This document shows positions 28,665-38,424 of a DNA stretch of 60,563 nt, piece by piece. The stretch covers positions 1 to 60,563 of the forward strand of contig CAZUXR010000003.1 in NCBI GenBank assembly GCA_964624785.1. Direction: 5' to 3'. The position numbers and the translations under genes were made by a program. The DNA comes from an uncultured Candidatus Saccharibacteria bacterium (lineage in GTDB: Bacteria; Patescibacteriota; Saccharimonadia; Saccharimonadales; UBA10212). The first letter of the stretch is position 1. Every line of letters begins with the position of its first letter. The notes beneath the pieces are model-generated. The model worked only from the letters and a program-made list of their open reading frames with translations. It did not search any database and was not told where the DNA came from.

Positions 28665-29110
28665 AATTGCCCAATACCGTTACGCGTAATAAGCAGTCTT
28701 ATCTTCATTGGAACGGTGGAGCTGTTTTGCTGGATATTGGTAGAAAGATCAACTACCTTGGAGTCTGGTACGGCTTGAAGCGCGTCAGATCCGGGCAGGT
28801 TGGTGGTATCCGTTACCGTAAGTGTTGGTGAGTATTTTATGGTGTTGGCGTATCCGCCCTCACTAGAAAACACGTTGTTCGGGAAGCAGTTGGTGGCTCC
28901 AGATAGGATATCGTACTGCAGGGCGCGGTCTAGCTCCGGACAGGCGCTCAAAACCCCGTATACTTCGTTGTATTGCCGGGCGTAGCCGTACTGGGTTCGG
29001 ATAAGGTTGAATAATTGAGATACGGAAATAATAAGCAGCGGCAACACAATCGTAGCCACAACGATTTCCGCTATCGTAAAGCCTTTCTGATCTTTATTGC
29101 GTATAACCAT
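28661..29110 (-). CDS. Minor pilin (prepilin N-terminal motif)
   Basis: KG/FTIAEIVV. Confidence 0.85.
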   Translation of the reverse strand: MVIRNKDQKGFTIAEIVVATIVLPLLIISVSQLFNLIRTQYGYARQYNEVYGVLSACPELDRALQYDILSGATNCFPNNVFSSEGGYANTIKYSPTLTVTDTTNLPGSDALQAVPDSKVVDLSTNIQQNSSTVPMKIRLLITRNGIGQL

Positions 29111-29150
29111 ACTGCTTATGATAACAATCTATTTACTCCTTAGGCAAACA

Positions 29151-29178
29151 AATAGCCCCCATTCTGGCGGGGGCTATT
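29151..29178 (-). terminator. Terminator after pilin copy A
   Basis: AATAGCCCCC...GGGGGCTATT hairpin. Confidence 0.75.
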
Positions 29179-29199
29179 CTGTAACTAATTAACAATGCT

Positions 29200-29652
29200 T
29201 TAGTTACTAGTAACGCTGTAAGGGTTAGCTATTGTTTCCATAGCACCCGCACCGCTGTTTGGTGTGTAGATGATGTAGCCCACGCAATTATCGGTGGTAT
29301 TATCACAGTCCTGTGTGCTGGTTGTAGCCACTGACGTACCAGTTTTGAAAGCCTTGTAAGTATAGTTCGGAGAAGTACACGTACCACTTCCACCAGGAGC
29401 CTTACAAGCATCCGCTGGCAAGTTAGTAATTTGAGTCAAAGCTGTTGGGTAGTACCCATTCAGAGCGTAATACTCTGCAACTTTGCTTTGAAGTGCTCGG
29501 ATGTCGCTCTTACGCTCTGCATCACGTGCTCTTGCCTGAACATTAGTAAACTGGACGATAACAAGTGCCGCCAAGATACCAATAACTACGATTACGATCA
29601 AAAGTTCTACGATTGTAAAACCCTGATTTTTCTTTTTTATATTGAACTTCAT
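29200..29652 (-). CDS. Major type IV pilin, copy A
   Basis: QG/FTIVELLIVIVVIGILAAL, ARDAERKSD; SD AAGGAGG before ATG 29652. Confidence 0.92.
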   Translation of the reverse strand: MKFNIKKKNQGFTIVELLIVIVVIGILAALVIVQFTNVQARARDAERKSDIRALQSKVAEYYALNGYYPTALTQITNLPADACKAPGGSGTCTSPNYTYKAFKTGTSVATTSTQDCDNTTDNCVGYIIYTPNSGAGAMETIANPYSVTSN

Positions 29653-29715
29653 GCCCACCCTCCTTTAAGGTATATTTTTTATGAAGTCTAAGCCTGTTTT
29701 TGCTTATCGCTTATG

Positions 29716-29743
29716 ATTATATGGGGTTGAGCGCCAATGTCAA
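29716..29743 (-). promoter_or_regulatory. Consensus sigma70 promoter of pilin copy A
   Basis: TTGACA-16nt-TATAAT. Confidence 0.8.
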
Positions 29744-29770
29744 TCATTTTATGCGGGAGTCTGCGATCAA

Positions 29771-29808
29771 TAAAAAACACCCCTGCTCCTGGCAAGGGTG
29801 TTTTTTTA
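29771..29808 (-). terminator. Terminator after pilin copy B
   Basis: AAAAAACACCC...GGGTGTTTTTT hairpin. Confidence 0.8.
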
Positions 29809-29825
29809 TGTTAAACGAGGATTTA

Positions 29826-30275
29826 CTAGTTACTAGTAACGCTATAAGGGTTAGCTATTGTTTCCATAGCACCCGCACCGCTGTTTGGTGTGTAGATGAT
29901 GTAGCCCACGCAATTATCGGTGGTATTATCACAGTCCTGTGTGCTGGTTGTAGCCACTGACGTACCAGTTTTGAAAGCCTTGTAAGTATAGTTCGGAGAA
30001 GTACACGTACCACTTCCACCAGGAGCCTTACAAGCATCCGCTGGCAAGTTAGTAATTTGAGTCAAAGCTGTTGGGTAGTACCCATTCAGAGCGTAATACT
30101 CTGCAACTTTGCTTTGAAGTGCTCGGATGTCGCTCTTACGCTCTGCATCACGTGCTCTTGCCTGAACATTAGTAAACTGGACGATAACAAGTGCCGCCAA
30201 GATACCAATAACTACGATTACGATCAAAAGTTCTACGATTGTAAAACCCTGATTTTTCTTTAATTTAACTCGCAT
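29826..30275 (-). CDS. Major type IV pilin, copy B
   Basis: Same mature sequence as copy A, different leader MRVKLKKNQG. Confidence 0.92.
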   Translation of the reverse strand: MRVKLKKNQGFTIVELLIVIVVIGILAALVIVQFTNVQARARDAERKSDIRALQSKVAEYYALNGYYPTALTQITNLPADACKAPGGSGTCTSPNYTYKAFKTGTSVATTSTQDCDNTTDNCVGYIIYTPNSGAGAMETIANPYSVTSN

Positions 30276-30328
30276 TTTAATCCCACCCTTCGTTCTTAAA
30301 TGATTTTAGTTAGCTTTTAATGCTTATG

Positions 30329-30356
30329 ATTATATGGGGTTAGCGATCAATGTCAA
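30329..30356 (-). promoter_or_regulatory. Consensus sigma70 promoter of pilin copy B
   Basis: TTGACA-16nt-TATAAT. Confidence 0.8.
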
Positions 30357-30360
30357 TAAT

Positions 30361-31584
30361 TTATTTGATGTTTTGAGTTAGGGAGGTCAATGGTCCGAAT
30401 ACACTGGCTGCTACCAGGCCTACCATCGCGCCGAGCACCACTATCATCAAAGGCTCGATTATAGAGGTTAAACCGCTCACGAACGCATCGACCTCCTCTT
30501 CGTAAAAGTCGGCAACTTTGATTAAAATTTTGTCTATCTGGCCAGTTTCTTCGCCCACTGCTAGCATTTGGCTAACGATTGGCGGGAACACTTTGCTGTC
30601 TGCCAGTGCGGCCGACAATTGAGTTCCATTTTTGACTTTTTTGCCGGCTTCGCGCAACTCGCGTTCAATAACTTTGTTGCCAATTGCTCCGGCGGTTGTT
30701 TCTATAGATGTTAGCACCGTTACCCCAGCTGCCATAAGCGATGAAAATATTCTAGAAAACCGCGCGATTGCAACTTTGGTAATCAGGATTTTTATAATTG
30801 GGAGTTTAAGAAGTAAAAAATGAAAGTTATAGTGGCCTTGTTCGGTGCGAATGTAGCGCCTTAGCAGGAATGATCCGCCAAACAACACGATAGGAAAAGC
30901 TATAACAAATAACGGACTTCGCAGGAATGTACCTATAGAAAGCATGACTTTTGTTAACGTTGGCAATGGCGCGCCCATGCCCTCGATAATTTTACCTAGC
31001 TTTGGAACCACAAAAGTCATCAAACCGTAAAAAGCTATTACCATAATTACGCTAATAACCATCGGATAAGTCATGGCGCTTTTTACTTTAGAACGTATTG
31101 CCGCGTCTTTTTCGGTTTGTAGTGCCAGGCGCATTAGCACTTCGTCCAAAATACCGCCTTCCTCACCAGCCTTAACCATATTTATATAAATGCTAGAGAA
31201 TATTCGAGGGTGTTCGGATAATGCCTCGCCTAGCGACACGCCGCTTTCTACCCGTTTGGTGATTTCGCCTAATTTCTCTTTAAAAAATTTATTTTCAGTT
31301 TGAGTTTGCAAGGTAAAGAGCGAGCGCACAATTGGCACGCCAGCATTAATCATGGTAGATAATTGCCGGGTAAAAATGACCATGTCACGCGATTTTACCT
31401 TGCCGCCCAGGTTTATCTTGCCCAGGCTCCCCAAGCCGCCCTCGCCTGCATTATTTTTTATCACGAGTGGTTTTAGACCTTGATTACCTAAAGTTTTAGC
31501 GGCAGTGGCTTTATCGTTTGCAGATACGGTACCTTTGACGATTTCGCCTTGCTGATTGCGGGCGGTGTAGCTAAAAGTCGCCAT
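30361..31584 (-). CDS. pilC: Type IV pilus platform protein PilC (GspF family)
   Basis: FTRQLSTMINAG, AGEEGG, AMTYP, VGEETG, IIEP. Confidence 0.93.
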   Translation of the reverse strand: MATFSYTARNQQGEIVKGTVSANDKATAAKTLGNQGLKPLVIKNNAGEGGLGSLGKINLGGKVKSRDMVIFTRQLSTMINAGVPIVRSLFTLQTQTENKFFKEKLGEITKRVESGVSLGEALSEHPRIFSSIYINMVKAGEEGGILDEVLMRLALQTEKDAAIRSKVKSAMTYPMVISVIMVIAFYGLMTFVVPKLGKIIEGMGAPLPTLTKVMLSIGTFLRSPLFVIAFPIVLFGGSFLLRRYIRTEQGHYNFHFLLLKLPIIKILITKVAIARFSRIFSSLMAAGVTVLTSIETTAGAIGNKVIERELREAGKKVKNGTQLSAALADSKVFPPIVSQMLAVGEETGQIDKILIKVADFYEEEVDAFVSGLTSIIEPLMIVVLGAMVGLVAASVFGPLTSLTQNIK

Positions 31585-33383
31585 TATTCTTTAGTTACTC
31601 GTAATATTTCTTCTACGGCGGTTAGTCCAAGCAGGGCTTTTATAAACCCATCCATCTGCATAGTTATCATGCCTTCGGCAATAGCCTGTTCTTGTATTTT
31701 TTCGCTGGTTGCGCCGGCTACGATCATGTTTTGCAGCTCTTCGCTACTGCCTAGCGCTTCGTAAATACCTACTCGCCCCTTGAATCCGTTGTGATTGCAT
31801 GCGTCGCAGCCGCCTTTTTTTGGTCGCCACATGTGCATAATGGCGTTTTCGCTGGTAGACAATTCTCCGTCACCGCCGCCGTCTTTGGCGATCCCGCTAT
31901 CACGAGCTTGTTTTTCTAACTCGTGATAATGCAGCATGGTCTTCGGGTTATCAAGGTTAAATATTTTGCTAAGACCTTTAATTTGAGTATCGTCTGGTTC
32001 GAATCGTTCCCGGCAAACCGTGCAAAGGCGCCTAACTAAACGCTGACCGATTACTACTCGCACTGTGCTTGCGATCAAAAATGGTTCCATTCCCATGTCA
32101 AGAAGGCGCGGAAGGCAAGTGGCGGCGTTATTGGTGTGTAATGTGCTTAGCACCAGGTGTCCTGTTAGTGCGGCTTGTACAGCTAGCCCAGCAGTTTCAG
32201 AATCGCGGATCTCTCCCACCATAATAATGTTCGGATCTTGGCGCAGCAGGGCGCGCAGTCCACCGGCAAAAGTCATGCCGGCCTTAGGGTTAATTTGGGT
32301 CTGATTAACGCCCGGCACATGGTACTCTACTGGATCTTCCACAGTAGAGATATTTACATCCGGACTATTTAAAATCGACAGCACACTGAACAGACTGGTG
32401 GATTTACCGGATCCCGTCGGACCTGTAACCAAGATCATCCCGTGCGGCTGACGCATTGCGTTATTGATGGTATCGAGCGAAATTCCCCAGTATCCAAGTT
32501 GTTCCAAGCTCAAGGCTTTAGCAGCGTCGTTTAAAATTCTCATAACGATTTTTTCGCCTTCCATGATCGGCAAAGTTGAAACACGCAGGCTAAAGGCGTG
32601 TTCGCCAACAGCAATCTTCAGGCGTCCATCCTGGGGAACGCGTCGTTCGTCGATCTTTAAATTTGCTAGGATTTTTATACGGCTAGCCAGCGCCGCCATG
32701 ACTTTTTTGGGCAAGCGATTAACTTCTTTTAAAATGCCATCTACGCGGTAGCGAACGGATATGTATTGTTCGCGCGGTTCAATGTGAATGTCGCTGGCGC
32801 CGGCGCGGATAGCGTATTCGATAATTAGATTTACGGTTTGGGCGATCGGCGAATCTTCAGCAATGTCTTCTTCGGCGATTTGTTCTTCTTCCGATGATTG
32901 ATCGTCATCGGAAATAACTTTGGTCAGTTCGCTGCTAATACTTTCGCGGTACTGATCTATGCCGGTACTAATATTTGCATTCGATGCAATATAGGTGCGA
33001 ATGTTGGTACCGAACATTTTCTGCAGGGTGTCCACGGCCTGGATGTCTTCCGGATCTTCCATGGCGACAAGGTATGTCGGCGCATCGGTTTCGCCTTCTA
33101 TGCTAAACAAAATCATCCGGTACTGTTTGGCGATGTGCTCTGGAATGCGCTTTAGCACATCTGGCGGTACGTCTTTGGCATTAAATTCAACGTAGGGCAC
33201 CCCAATTTGCAAAGAATACATCTTAACCAGCTCTTGTTCGCTGGCAATGCCTTCGGCGACAATCAAATCTCTAATCGATTTTTTCTCGCTCGCAGCAGTA
33301 GCTTCCAGATCGTCTAGCTGTTGCTGGCTAATTTTTTTGTTAGCAAGTAGCAGCCGCCCAATTTTTTTGTCAAATGCATACAT
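31584..33383 (-). CDS. pilB: Type IV pilus assembly ATPase PilB (GspE family)
   Basis: ASDIHIEP, GPTGSGKST, EDPVEY, LRQDPNIIMVGEIRD, TGHLVLSTLH, Cys pairs. Confidence 0.95.
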   Translation of the reverse strand: MYAFDKKIGRLLLANKKISQQQLDDLEATAASEKKSIRDLIVAEGIASEQELVKMYSLQIGVPYVEFNAKDVPPDVLKRIPEHIAKQYRMILFSIEGETDAPTYLVAMEDPEDIQAVDTLQKMFGTNIRTYIASNANISTGIDQYRESISSELTKVISDDDQSSEEEQIAEEDIAEDSPIAQTVNLIIEYAIRAGASDIHIEPREQYISVRYRVDGILKEVNRLPKKVMAALASRIKILANLKIDERRVPQDGRLKIAVGEHAFSLRVSTLPIMEGEKIVMRILNDAAKALSLEQLGYWGISLDTINNAMRQPHGMILVTGPTGSGKSTSLFSVLSILNSPDVNISTVEDPVEYHVPGVNQTQINPKAGMTFAGGLRALLRQDPNIIMVGEIRDSETAGLAVQAALTGHLVLSTLHTNNAATCLPRLLDMGMEPFLIASTVRVVIGQRLVRRLCTVCRERFEPDDTQIKGLSKIFNLDNPKTMLHYHELEKQARDSGIAKDGGGDGELSTSENAIMHMWRPKKGGCDACNHNGFKGRVGIYEALGSSEELQNMIVAGATSEKIQEQAIAEGMITMQMDGFIKALLGLTAVEEILRVTKE

Positions 33384-33487
33384 GATTCATCTTGAATTAT
33401 ACAGTATAAACGCTAGCATTTTTATCCATTTTGGCGGGTTGGTATACTTATGCGTAGAGTTAATTTTATTAAAAAGAGGGAGTTTGA

Positions 33488-34525
33488 ATGGCCAAGAAGA
33501 AAAAAGACGATAATCCAAAAACAATTACAGATAGTGCGGCGAGCGGCAAGGGGCAGGCTTTGCAGCTGGCGGTTGATGCTATAGAAAAACAATTCGGCAA
33601 AGGCTCAATAATGCGCTTAGGCGAAGCTCATAGAATCGATGTAGAAACTATTCCAACCGGCAGCATTAGTTTAGACCTGGCGTTGGGAGGCGGTATCCCA
33701 AAAGGGCGAATTATAGAAATATACGGCCCGGAAAGCTCTGGCAAAACCACTGTTTGTTTACATGCCGTGGCAGAAGTTCAAAAATCCGGTGGTACAGCGG
33801 CTTATGTCGATGCCGAGCACGCGCTTGACCCGGCATACGCTAAGCGTTTGGGCGTAGACCTGGACACTCTTTTGATCAGTCAGCCCGACAGCGGCGAACA
33901 GGCGCTTGAAGTTGTAGAAACTTTGGTGCGATCTAACGCAGTAGATATTATTGTAGTCGACTCCGTAGCCGCACTAGTTCCACAGGCCGAGATCGAAGGC
34001 GATATGGGCGACGCCCACATGGGCCTGCAGGCCCGCCTAATGAGTCAGGCTCTGCGCAAACTAACGGGGGTAATTAATCGCACCAAATGTACGGTTGTGT
34101 TTGTAAACCAGCTACGCATGAAGATCGGTGTTATGTTTGGCAACCCAGAAACAACCACCGGCGGCAATGCACTTAAATTTTACTCCAGCGTACGTATGGA
34201 CATCCGCCGCATCAGTCAAATCAAAGCTGGCGAAGCGATCATCGGCAATCACTGCCGGGTAAAAGTCGTCAAAAACAAAGTTGCTCCGCCGTTCCGCGAA
34301 GCCGAATTTGACATTATGTACAACCAGGGAATTAGCCGCGAAGGTGACGTTATAGACCTATCCGTAACGCACGGAATTGTAGACAAAAGCGGCGCCTGGT
34401 ACGAATACAAAGGCCAAAAAATCGCTCAAGGCCGCGAAGCAGCCAAAGCATACCTAAAAGAAAATCCTAAAGTTCTAGAAGAAATTGCTAGCGCCACCAT
34501 GGAAGCCGCCCAAAAAGTCGAGTAG
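33488..34525 (+). CDS. recA: Recombinase A
   Basis: [41 protein letters not shown]. Confidence 0.99.
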   Translation: MAKKKKDDNPKTITDSAASGKGQALQLAVDAIEKQFGKGSIMRLGEAHRIDVETIPTGSISLDLALGGGIPKGRIIEIYGPESSGKTTVCLHAVAEVQKSGGTAAYVDAEHALDPAYAKRLGVDLDTLLISQPDSGEQALEVVETLVRSNAVDIIVVDSVAALVPQAEIEGDMGDAHMGLQARLMSQALRKLTGVINRTKCTVVFVNQLRMKIGVMFGNPETTTGGNALKFYSSVRMDIRRISQIKAGEAIIGNHCRVKVVKNKVAPPFREAEFDIMYNQGISREGDVIDLSVTHGIVDKSGAWYEYKGQKIAQGREAAKAYLKENPKVLEEIASATMEAAQKVE

Positions 34526-34537
34526 AATAATAACCAT

Positions 34538-34984
34538 ATGACTGGCTTAAACCATGGTATTACCGGGGCTTTAATTGCACTGACGATTAAACAGCCTGCG
34601 CTGGCTGTTCCGGCAAGTTTTTTAAGCCACTTTGTCTGCGACGCCATTCCACATTGGAATTATCTGCCTGGTAAGGAATTCACGCGTAAGTTCAACATAA
34701 TATTAATTCTGGATTTCATATTATCAGTGAGTTTAATGGCTATTCTTGGATTGCTTTTTCCTGTAGAGAAGTGGCTGATCTGGTCTTGCATGATAGCGGC
34801 GGCCATCCCGGATATTATGTGGTTTTACTACAAATTCTATGTAAAAAAAGTTAGGCATAAAAAAATAAGTCTTGATCCTATAACCTCTTTCCAGAGCAAA
34901 ATAGAAAATTCGTCCTCAAACGGTTACTGGGCTGAGGCTGCTTGGTTTATTGTGGTGTTTGCAATTATCTTAAGTCTAAAATGA
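34538..34984 (+). CDS. Membrane protein, putative metal-binding hydrolase-like (paralog 1)
   Basis: NHGITG...SHFVCDAIPH...PD motif set; TM-rich. Confidence 0.7.
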   Translation: MTGLNHGITGALIALTIKQPALAVPASFLSHFVCDAIPHWNYLPGKEFTRKFNIILILDFILSVSLMAILGLLFPVEKWLIWSCMIAAAIPDIMWFYYKFYVKKVRHKKISLDPITSFQSKIENSSSNGYWAEAAWFIVVFAIILSLK

Positions 34985-35112
34985 AGAAACCTCGCTATGA
35001 TTTTATATCCTGGGCCCACCACAGAATGCAGTGGTCGCAAACCAGTCACGGAGCAATTCTAGAGATTGCCTGGTTCATCTTTATTGGTATTTTAATTTTG
35101 CAGTTAAAATAA
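34981..35112 (+). other. Orphan 43-aa ORF homologous to the C-terminus of the flanking paralogs
   Basis: MKKPRYDFISWAHHRMQWSQTSHGAILEIAWF... aligns with RWHSRIQWCEHPWGFYVEIIWF; ATGA overlap. Confidence 0.6.
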
Positions 35113-35116
35113 ACGG

Positions 35117-35572
35117 ATGACTGCGAGTAACCATGCAATAACCGGGGCACTAATCGCGGCTGCTATAAGCAAGCCCGTAATATTTCTGCCACTTGCTTTC
35201 TTGTCTCATTTTGTATTGGATATGCTCCCTCATTTCGGATACGAAAGGGCCGGTTACGCCGAAATATTCAAGCATAAAAAGACAGCTCGCTTGCAGATAT
35301 GCCTGGACATTATTGGTTTGCTAATCTTAGTATGGTTGATTCGTAGTGAAAATTGGTTAGTATTTGTAGCCGCGGTTCTAGCAGTATCGCCGGATTTTGT
35401 ATGGCCATACAGGTACTTTATTCTAGAGAAAAGGGGATTAACGAGACCGGGCGAAGGAAATGCAATAAATAGGTGGCATAGTCGCATCCAATGGTGTGAG
35501 CACCCTTGGGGATTTTATGTAGAAATAATCTGGTTTGCGAGCATGGCGATTTTAATAAAAACATACCTATGA
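35117..35572 (+). CDS. Membrane protein, putative metal-binding hydrolase-like (paralog 2)
   Basis: NHAITG...SHFVLDMLPH...PD...HSRIQW. Confidence 0.75.
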   Translation: MTASNHAITGALIAAAISKPVIFLPLAFLSHFVLDMLPHFGYERAGYAEIFKHKKTARLQICLDIIGLLILVWLIRSENWLVFVAAVLAVSPDFVWPYRYFILEKRGLTRPGEGNAINRWHSRIQWCEHPWGFYVEIIWFASMAILIKTYL

Positions 35573-36168
35573 AAATTACTAGCATTAAACAGCAGGTTCG
35601 GAATTTGGAGCGGGTGAGTATTTTTGTTGATGGCAAATACAGCTTTTCGCTTTCTTTGAGTGAGCTTGTCGAGCAAAAACTCAAAAATAACGCAGAGCTG
35701 GACGAGGGGGAAGTTAAAAGGCTTAAAAAACTATCAACCGACGGCAAGCTAAAAGCTCGGGCGCTAGAGTGGCTGCTTAACCGACCGCATTCTACAAGAG
35801 AATTCAAAGACTATATGTACCGCAAAAAAGCCGAGCCGCAACTGATAGAAAATCTGATAAAAGAATTTAGCAAACGTGGGTATTTAGACGATGCAAAATT
35901 TGCGGCTTGGTTTGTAGAATTGCAGGTGCGACGGAGCAAGAGCAACCGAGCAGTAGCTGCCGAACTTTATAAAAAAGGCGTGGACAGGGAAGTAGCTAGC
36001 GAGGCTCTAGGTGGCGGGGAAGAGAGCGAACAAGAGAGGTTAAAAACTCTAATTGCGAAAAAGTCGCAGCTTAGCCGTTACCAAAAAGATCCAATCAAAC
36101 TAAAACAATATTTAATGCGCCAAGGATTCAGCTACGATCTAATAAAACAAATGTTAGACTCCCCCTAA
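35569..36168 (+). CDS. recX: Regulatory protein RecX
   Basis: MKITSIKQQ...RPHS...GYLDDAKFA...EL..KGV...YLMRQGF; downstream of recA. Confidence 0.88.
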   Translation: MKITSIKQQVRNLERVSIFVDGKYSFSLSLSELVEQKLKNNAELDEGEVKRLKKLSTDGKLKARALEWLLNRPHSTREFKDYMYRKKAEPQLIENLIKEFSKRGYLDDAKFAAWFVELQVRRSKSNRAVAAELYKKGVDREVASEALGGGEESEQERLKTLIAKKSQLSRYQKDPIKLKQYLMRQGFSYDLIKQMLDSP

Positions 36169-36205
36169 TTAGGATACTTAACATGTTAAATATCGTTCGG
36201 TAATA

Positions 36206-36736
36206 TTATGGAGTAGCTGGAGCGCGGCCAAAAGCTGCGGACATTTCTTTGCCGACACTTACTTCTGTATCGCTTACTAAAATATGGCTGTCTGTAACTT
36301 CTAAAATCTGGCTGCGATCAATAATCACAGTATCTTCGTTAGCAAGAATTTTGACTAAAGACTTAGCGACATAAAGTTTTTGCACAAACATCCCGTCGTT
36401 ATATACATAGTCGCTAACTTTGCCGATTTTGGAGCGTTTGGTCCGGACGACTTTATCGATAAGCTGGAAGCCGGTGTCGAGTACCTCGCGGTGGCGCACA
36501 AGGTCGTCACTGGTAGCAAGTGCAGACTCGTCGTTGACAGCCAGCCCTGTTGGCATAATTTCGCGGACATCTTCTGATAATAAAACCAGCCTTTGCTTGC
36601 TTGGCACAACACACCACCAACCCATAATTTTTAGGTTATGTGGATTAATAATCGGTTCCAGCGCAGTAGCTATGGGCCCACCAACCCGCAGGCTCATTAC
36701 AGGCAAGTTATACAAACTTTTGCTCATCTTAAGCAT
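36206..36736 (-). CDS. PRC-barrel-like protein
   Basis: LPVMSLRVG..I, IINPHNLKI, KIGKVSDY duplicated barrel pattern. Confidence 0.7.
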   Translation of the reverse strand: MLKMSKSLYNLPVMSLRVGGPIATALEPIINPHNLKIMGWWCVVPSKQRLVLLSEDVREIMPTGLAVNDESALATSDDLVRHREVLDTGFQLIDKVVRTKRSKIGKVSDYVYNDGMFVQKLYVAKSLVKILANEDTVIIDRSQILEVTDSHILVSDTEVSVGKEMSAAFGRAPATP

Positions 36737-36930
36737 AACTTTATTGTATAGGACTTTCGCATTTTCACATAAACATGAAAGGTCCGTCCTCCCACGGGTT
36801 AAATTTTATAAATCTGTAAGGAGTAAGGCTTTGAAATTCGTGATAGGACGGACCTAGAGCGGAAAATAATGGTTGTTGTTTGGGCAACAAAGTATTGTCA
36901 GCGAATTCTCGGCTGGATATATTGGAAATT

Positions 36931-38424
36931 ATGAAAAAATATTTTATAACAATACTACTTGTGCTTATTTATTCCGTCGGGTTCGTTCCGGAAATGGCGA
37001 GCGCCATTACTGCACCACCACCGATTGCTACGCCTGCGGGCCTATCCATCGTAGAAATTAAAATTACTGGCAACGAGTTTTTGATGCTACAAAATAACAC
37101 CGGCGTCACCATTACAGACCTAAGCAAATACTGGCTTTATGATTTTAACAATATGAATCCGCTGGCATCTGGGGTTAGCAGCTCTACTCAACAACTACCT
37201 GGCGGGAGTTTGGGTAATGGTCAGATTTTATTGTTAAGCGCCAATGGCGGCCAGACTTGCGGCGCGGCAGTCACGGGAAAATTATCGGTGAGTTTGACGG
37301 ATTCGGGTGGATTTTTAGAAATCGTGCAAACAAGTTTAAGTGGCGGAGTTTTGATTCAAACGGCTGGCGATGCGGTATCGTGGAGCTCCGGCGTAAACCC
37401 AACTGCGGGCATGATAACCAATGTGCCAAGCAGTACGGCCGATCCAAACGGTGCGTTTTACCGCTATCAAAATTCGGTGCCGACCCCACCATATTTGTGG
37501 CAGCAAGCTACCTTGGATTCCACTAATCAGTGCCAAATGAACGTAGTGATTGCCGGCAAGGCTGTAGCTGGTCCGTCAAATCCGGGCAACCAACTTTTGC
37601 CTGGCGACATGCCGCCAGTTACTTTTATAACCGACACTGCGCCGGACCCCAACGCGGCGTTAACGGGCACACCAGGATTGCCGCCATCGGACATCGGTCT
37701 AAAATCACCGCAAATTAACGAACTTTTGCCAAACCCGGCCGAACCGCAAACCGACAGCGAAAACGAATACATAGAACTCTATAACTCCAACGACACGGTT
37801 TTTGACCTTAGCGGGTTTAAGCTTCAAACCGGTACGACCACCAAACATAGCTACACCTTCCCTGCCGGAACAACCCTGCCAGCTAAAGGATTTGTGGCTT
37901 TTATGTCTGAGGATACCGGCTTGAGCCTATCCAATAGTGGGGGCCAGGCCGGGCTGCTTGATCCGACGGGCAATTCGATTAGTCAAAGCGATGCTTACGG
38001 AACCGCCAAAGACGGCCAAGCTTGGGCGCTAGGCAATGGCAGTTGGTACTGGACGGATACGCCAACTCCGAATGCTGCTAATGTTATTAAATCTCCGCTT
38101 AGCATTACCTCTTTAAGTGTCGGTTCTACCGCGGCTAAAACCGCAGTGGTTAAAAAAGCTGCCACAACCAAAAAGGCCGCCGCACCAAAAGTTAAGGACG
38201 CAAAAACCATTAAAACGTCAGCCAAACCAAAGGCCGCAAGCTCTGATTTTAATCATCCTGCCGCGGCAGCCTCCCCAATTCACCTACAAATACTTGCGGG
38301 TATTGGTGCGCTAGCTTTACTATATGCATTGCATGAGTACAGGAACGACTTACGTAATACGATCTATAGGATCCGCAGATACCGAACGAATCGGCGAACT
38401 GTTGGGGAGCCTGCTCAAGACTAA
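36931..38424 (+). CDS. Surface protein with lamin-tail (LTD) domain(s) and C-terminal TM
   Basis: Signal peptide; INELLPNP...EYIELYN...DLSGFKL...LSNSGG...PTPNAAN; a second degenerate LTD N-terminally. Confidence 0.8.
   Translation: MKKYFITILLVLIYSVGFVPEMASAITAPPPIATPAGLSIVEIKITGNEFLMLQNNTGVTITDLSKYWLYDFNNMNPLASGVSSSTQQLPGGSLGNGQILLLSANGGQTCGAAVTGKLSVSLTDSGGFLEIVQTSLSGGVLIQTAGDAVSWSSGVNPTAGMITNVPSSTADPNGAFYRYQNSVPTPPYLWQQATLDSTNQCQMNVVIAGKAVAGPSNPGNQLLPGDMPPVTFITDTAPDPNAALTGTPGLPPSDIGLKSPQINELLPNPAEPQTDSENEYIELYNSNDTVFDLSGFKLQTGTTTKHSYTFPAGTTLPAKGFVAFMSEDTGLSLSNSGGQAGLLDPTGNSISQSDAYGTAKDGQAWALGNGSWYWTDTPTPNAANVIKSPLSITSLSVGSTAAKTAVVKKAATTKKAAAPKVKDAKTIKTSAKPKAASSDFNHPAAAASPIHLQILAGIGALALLYALHEYRNDLRNTIYRIRRYRTNRRTVGEPAQD

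Larger units (their letters stand above)
29201..30261. repeat. 435-bp direct repeat (29201-29635 and 29827-30261) covering the mature pilin coding region
   Basis: Identical by eye except one synonymous site (29218 G vs 29844 A). Confidence 0.92.

Noticed and set aside
29201..30261. DGR template/variable repeat pair
   Set aside because: Only one synonymous difference, both copies are complete genes, and there is no reverse transcriptase in the window
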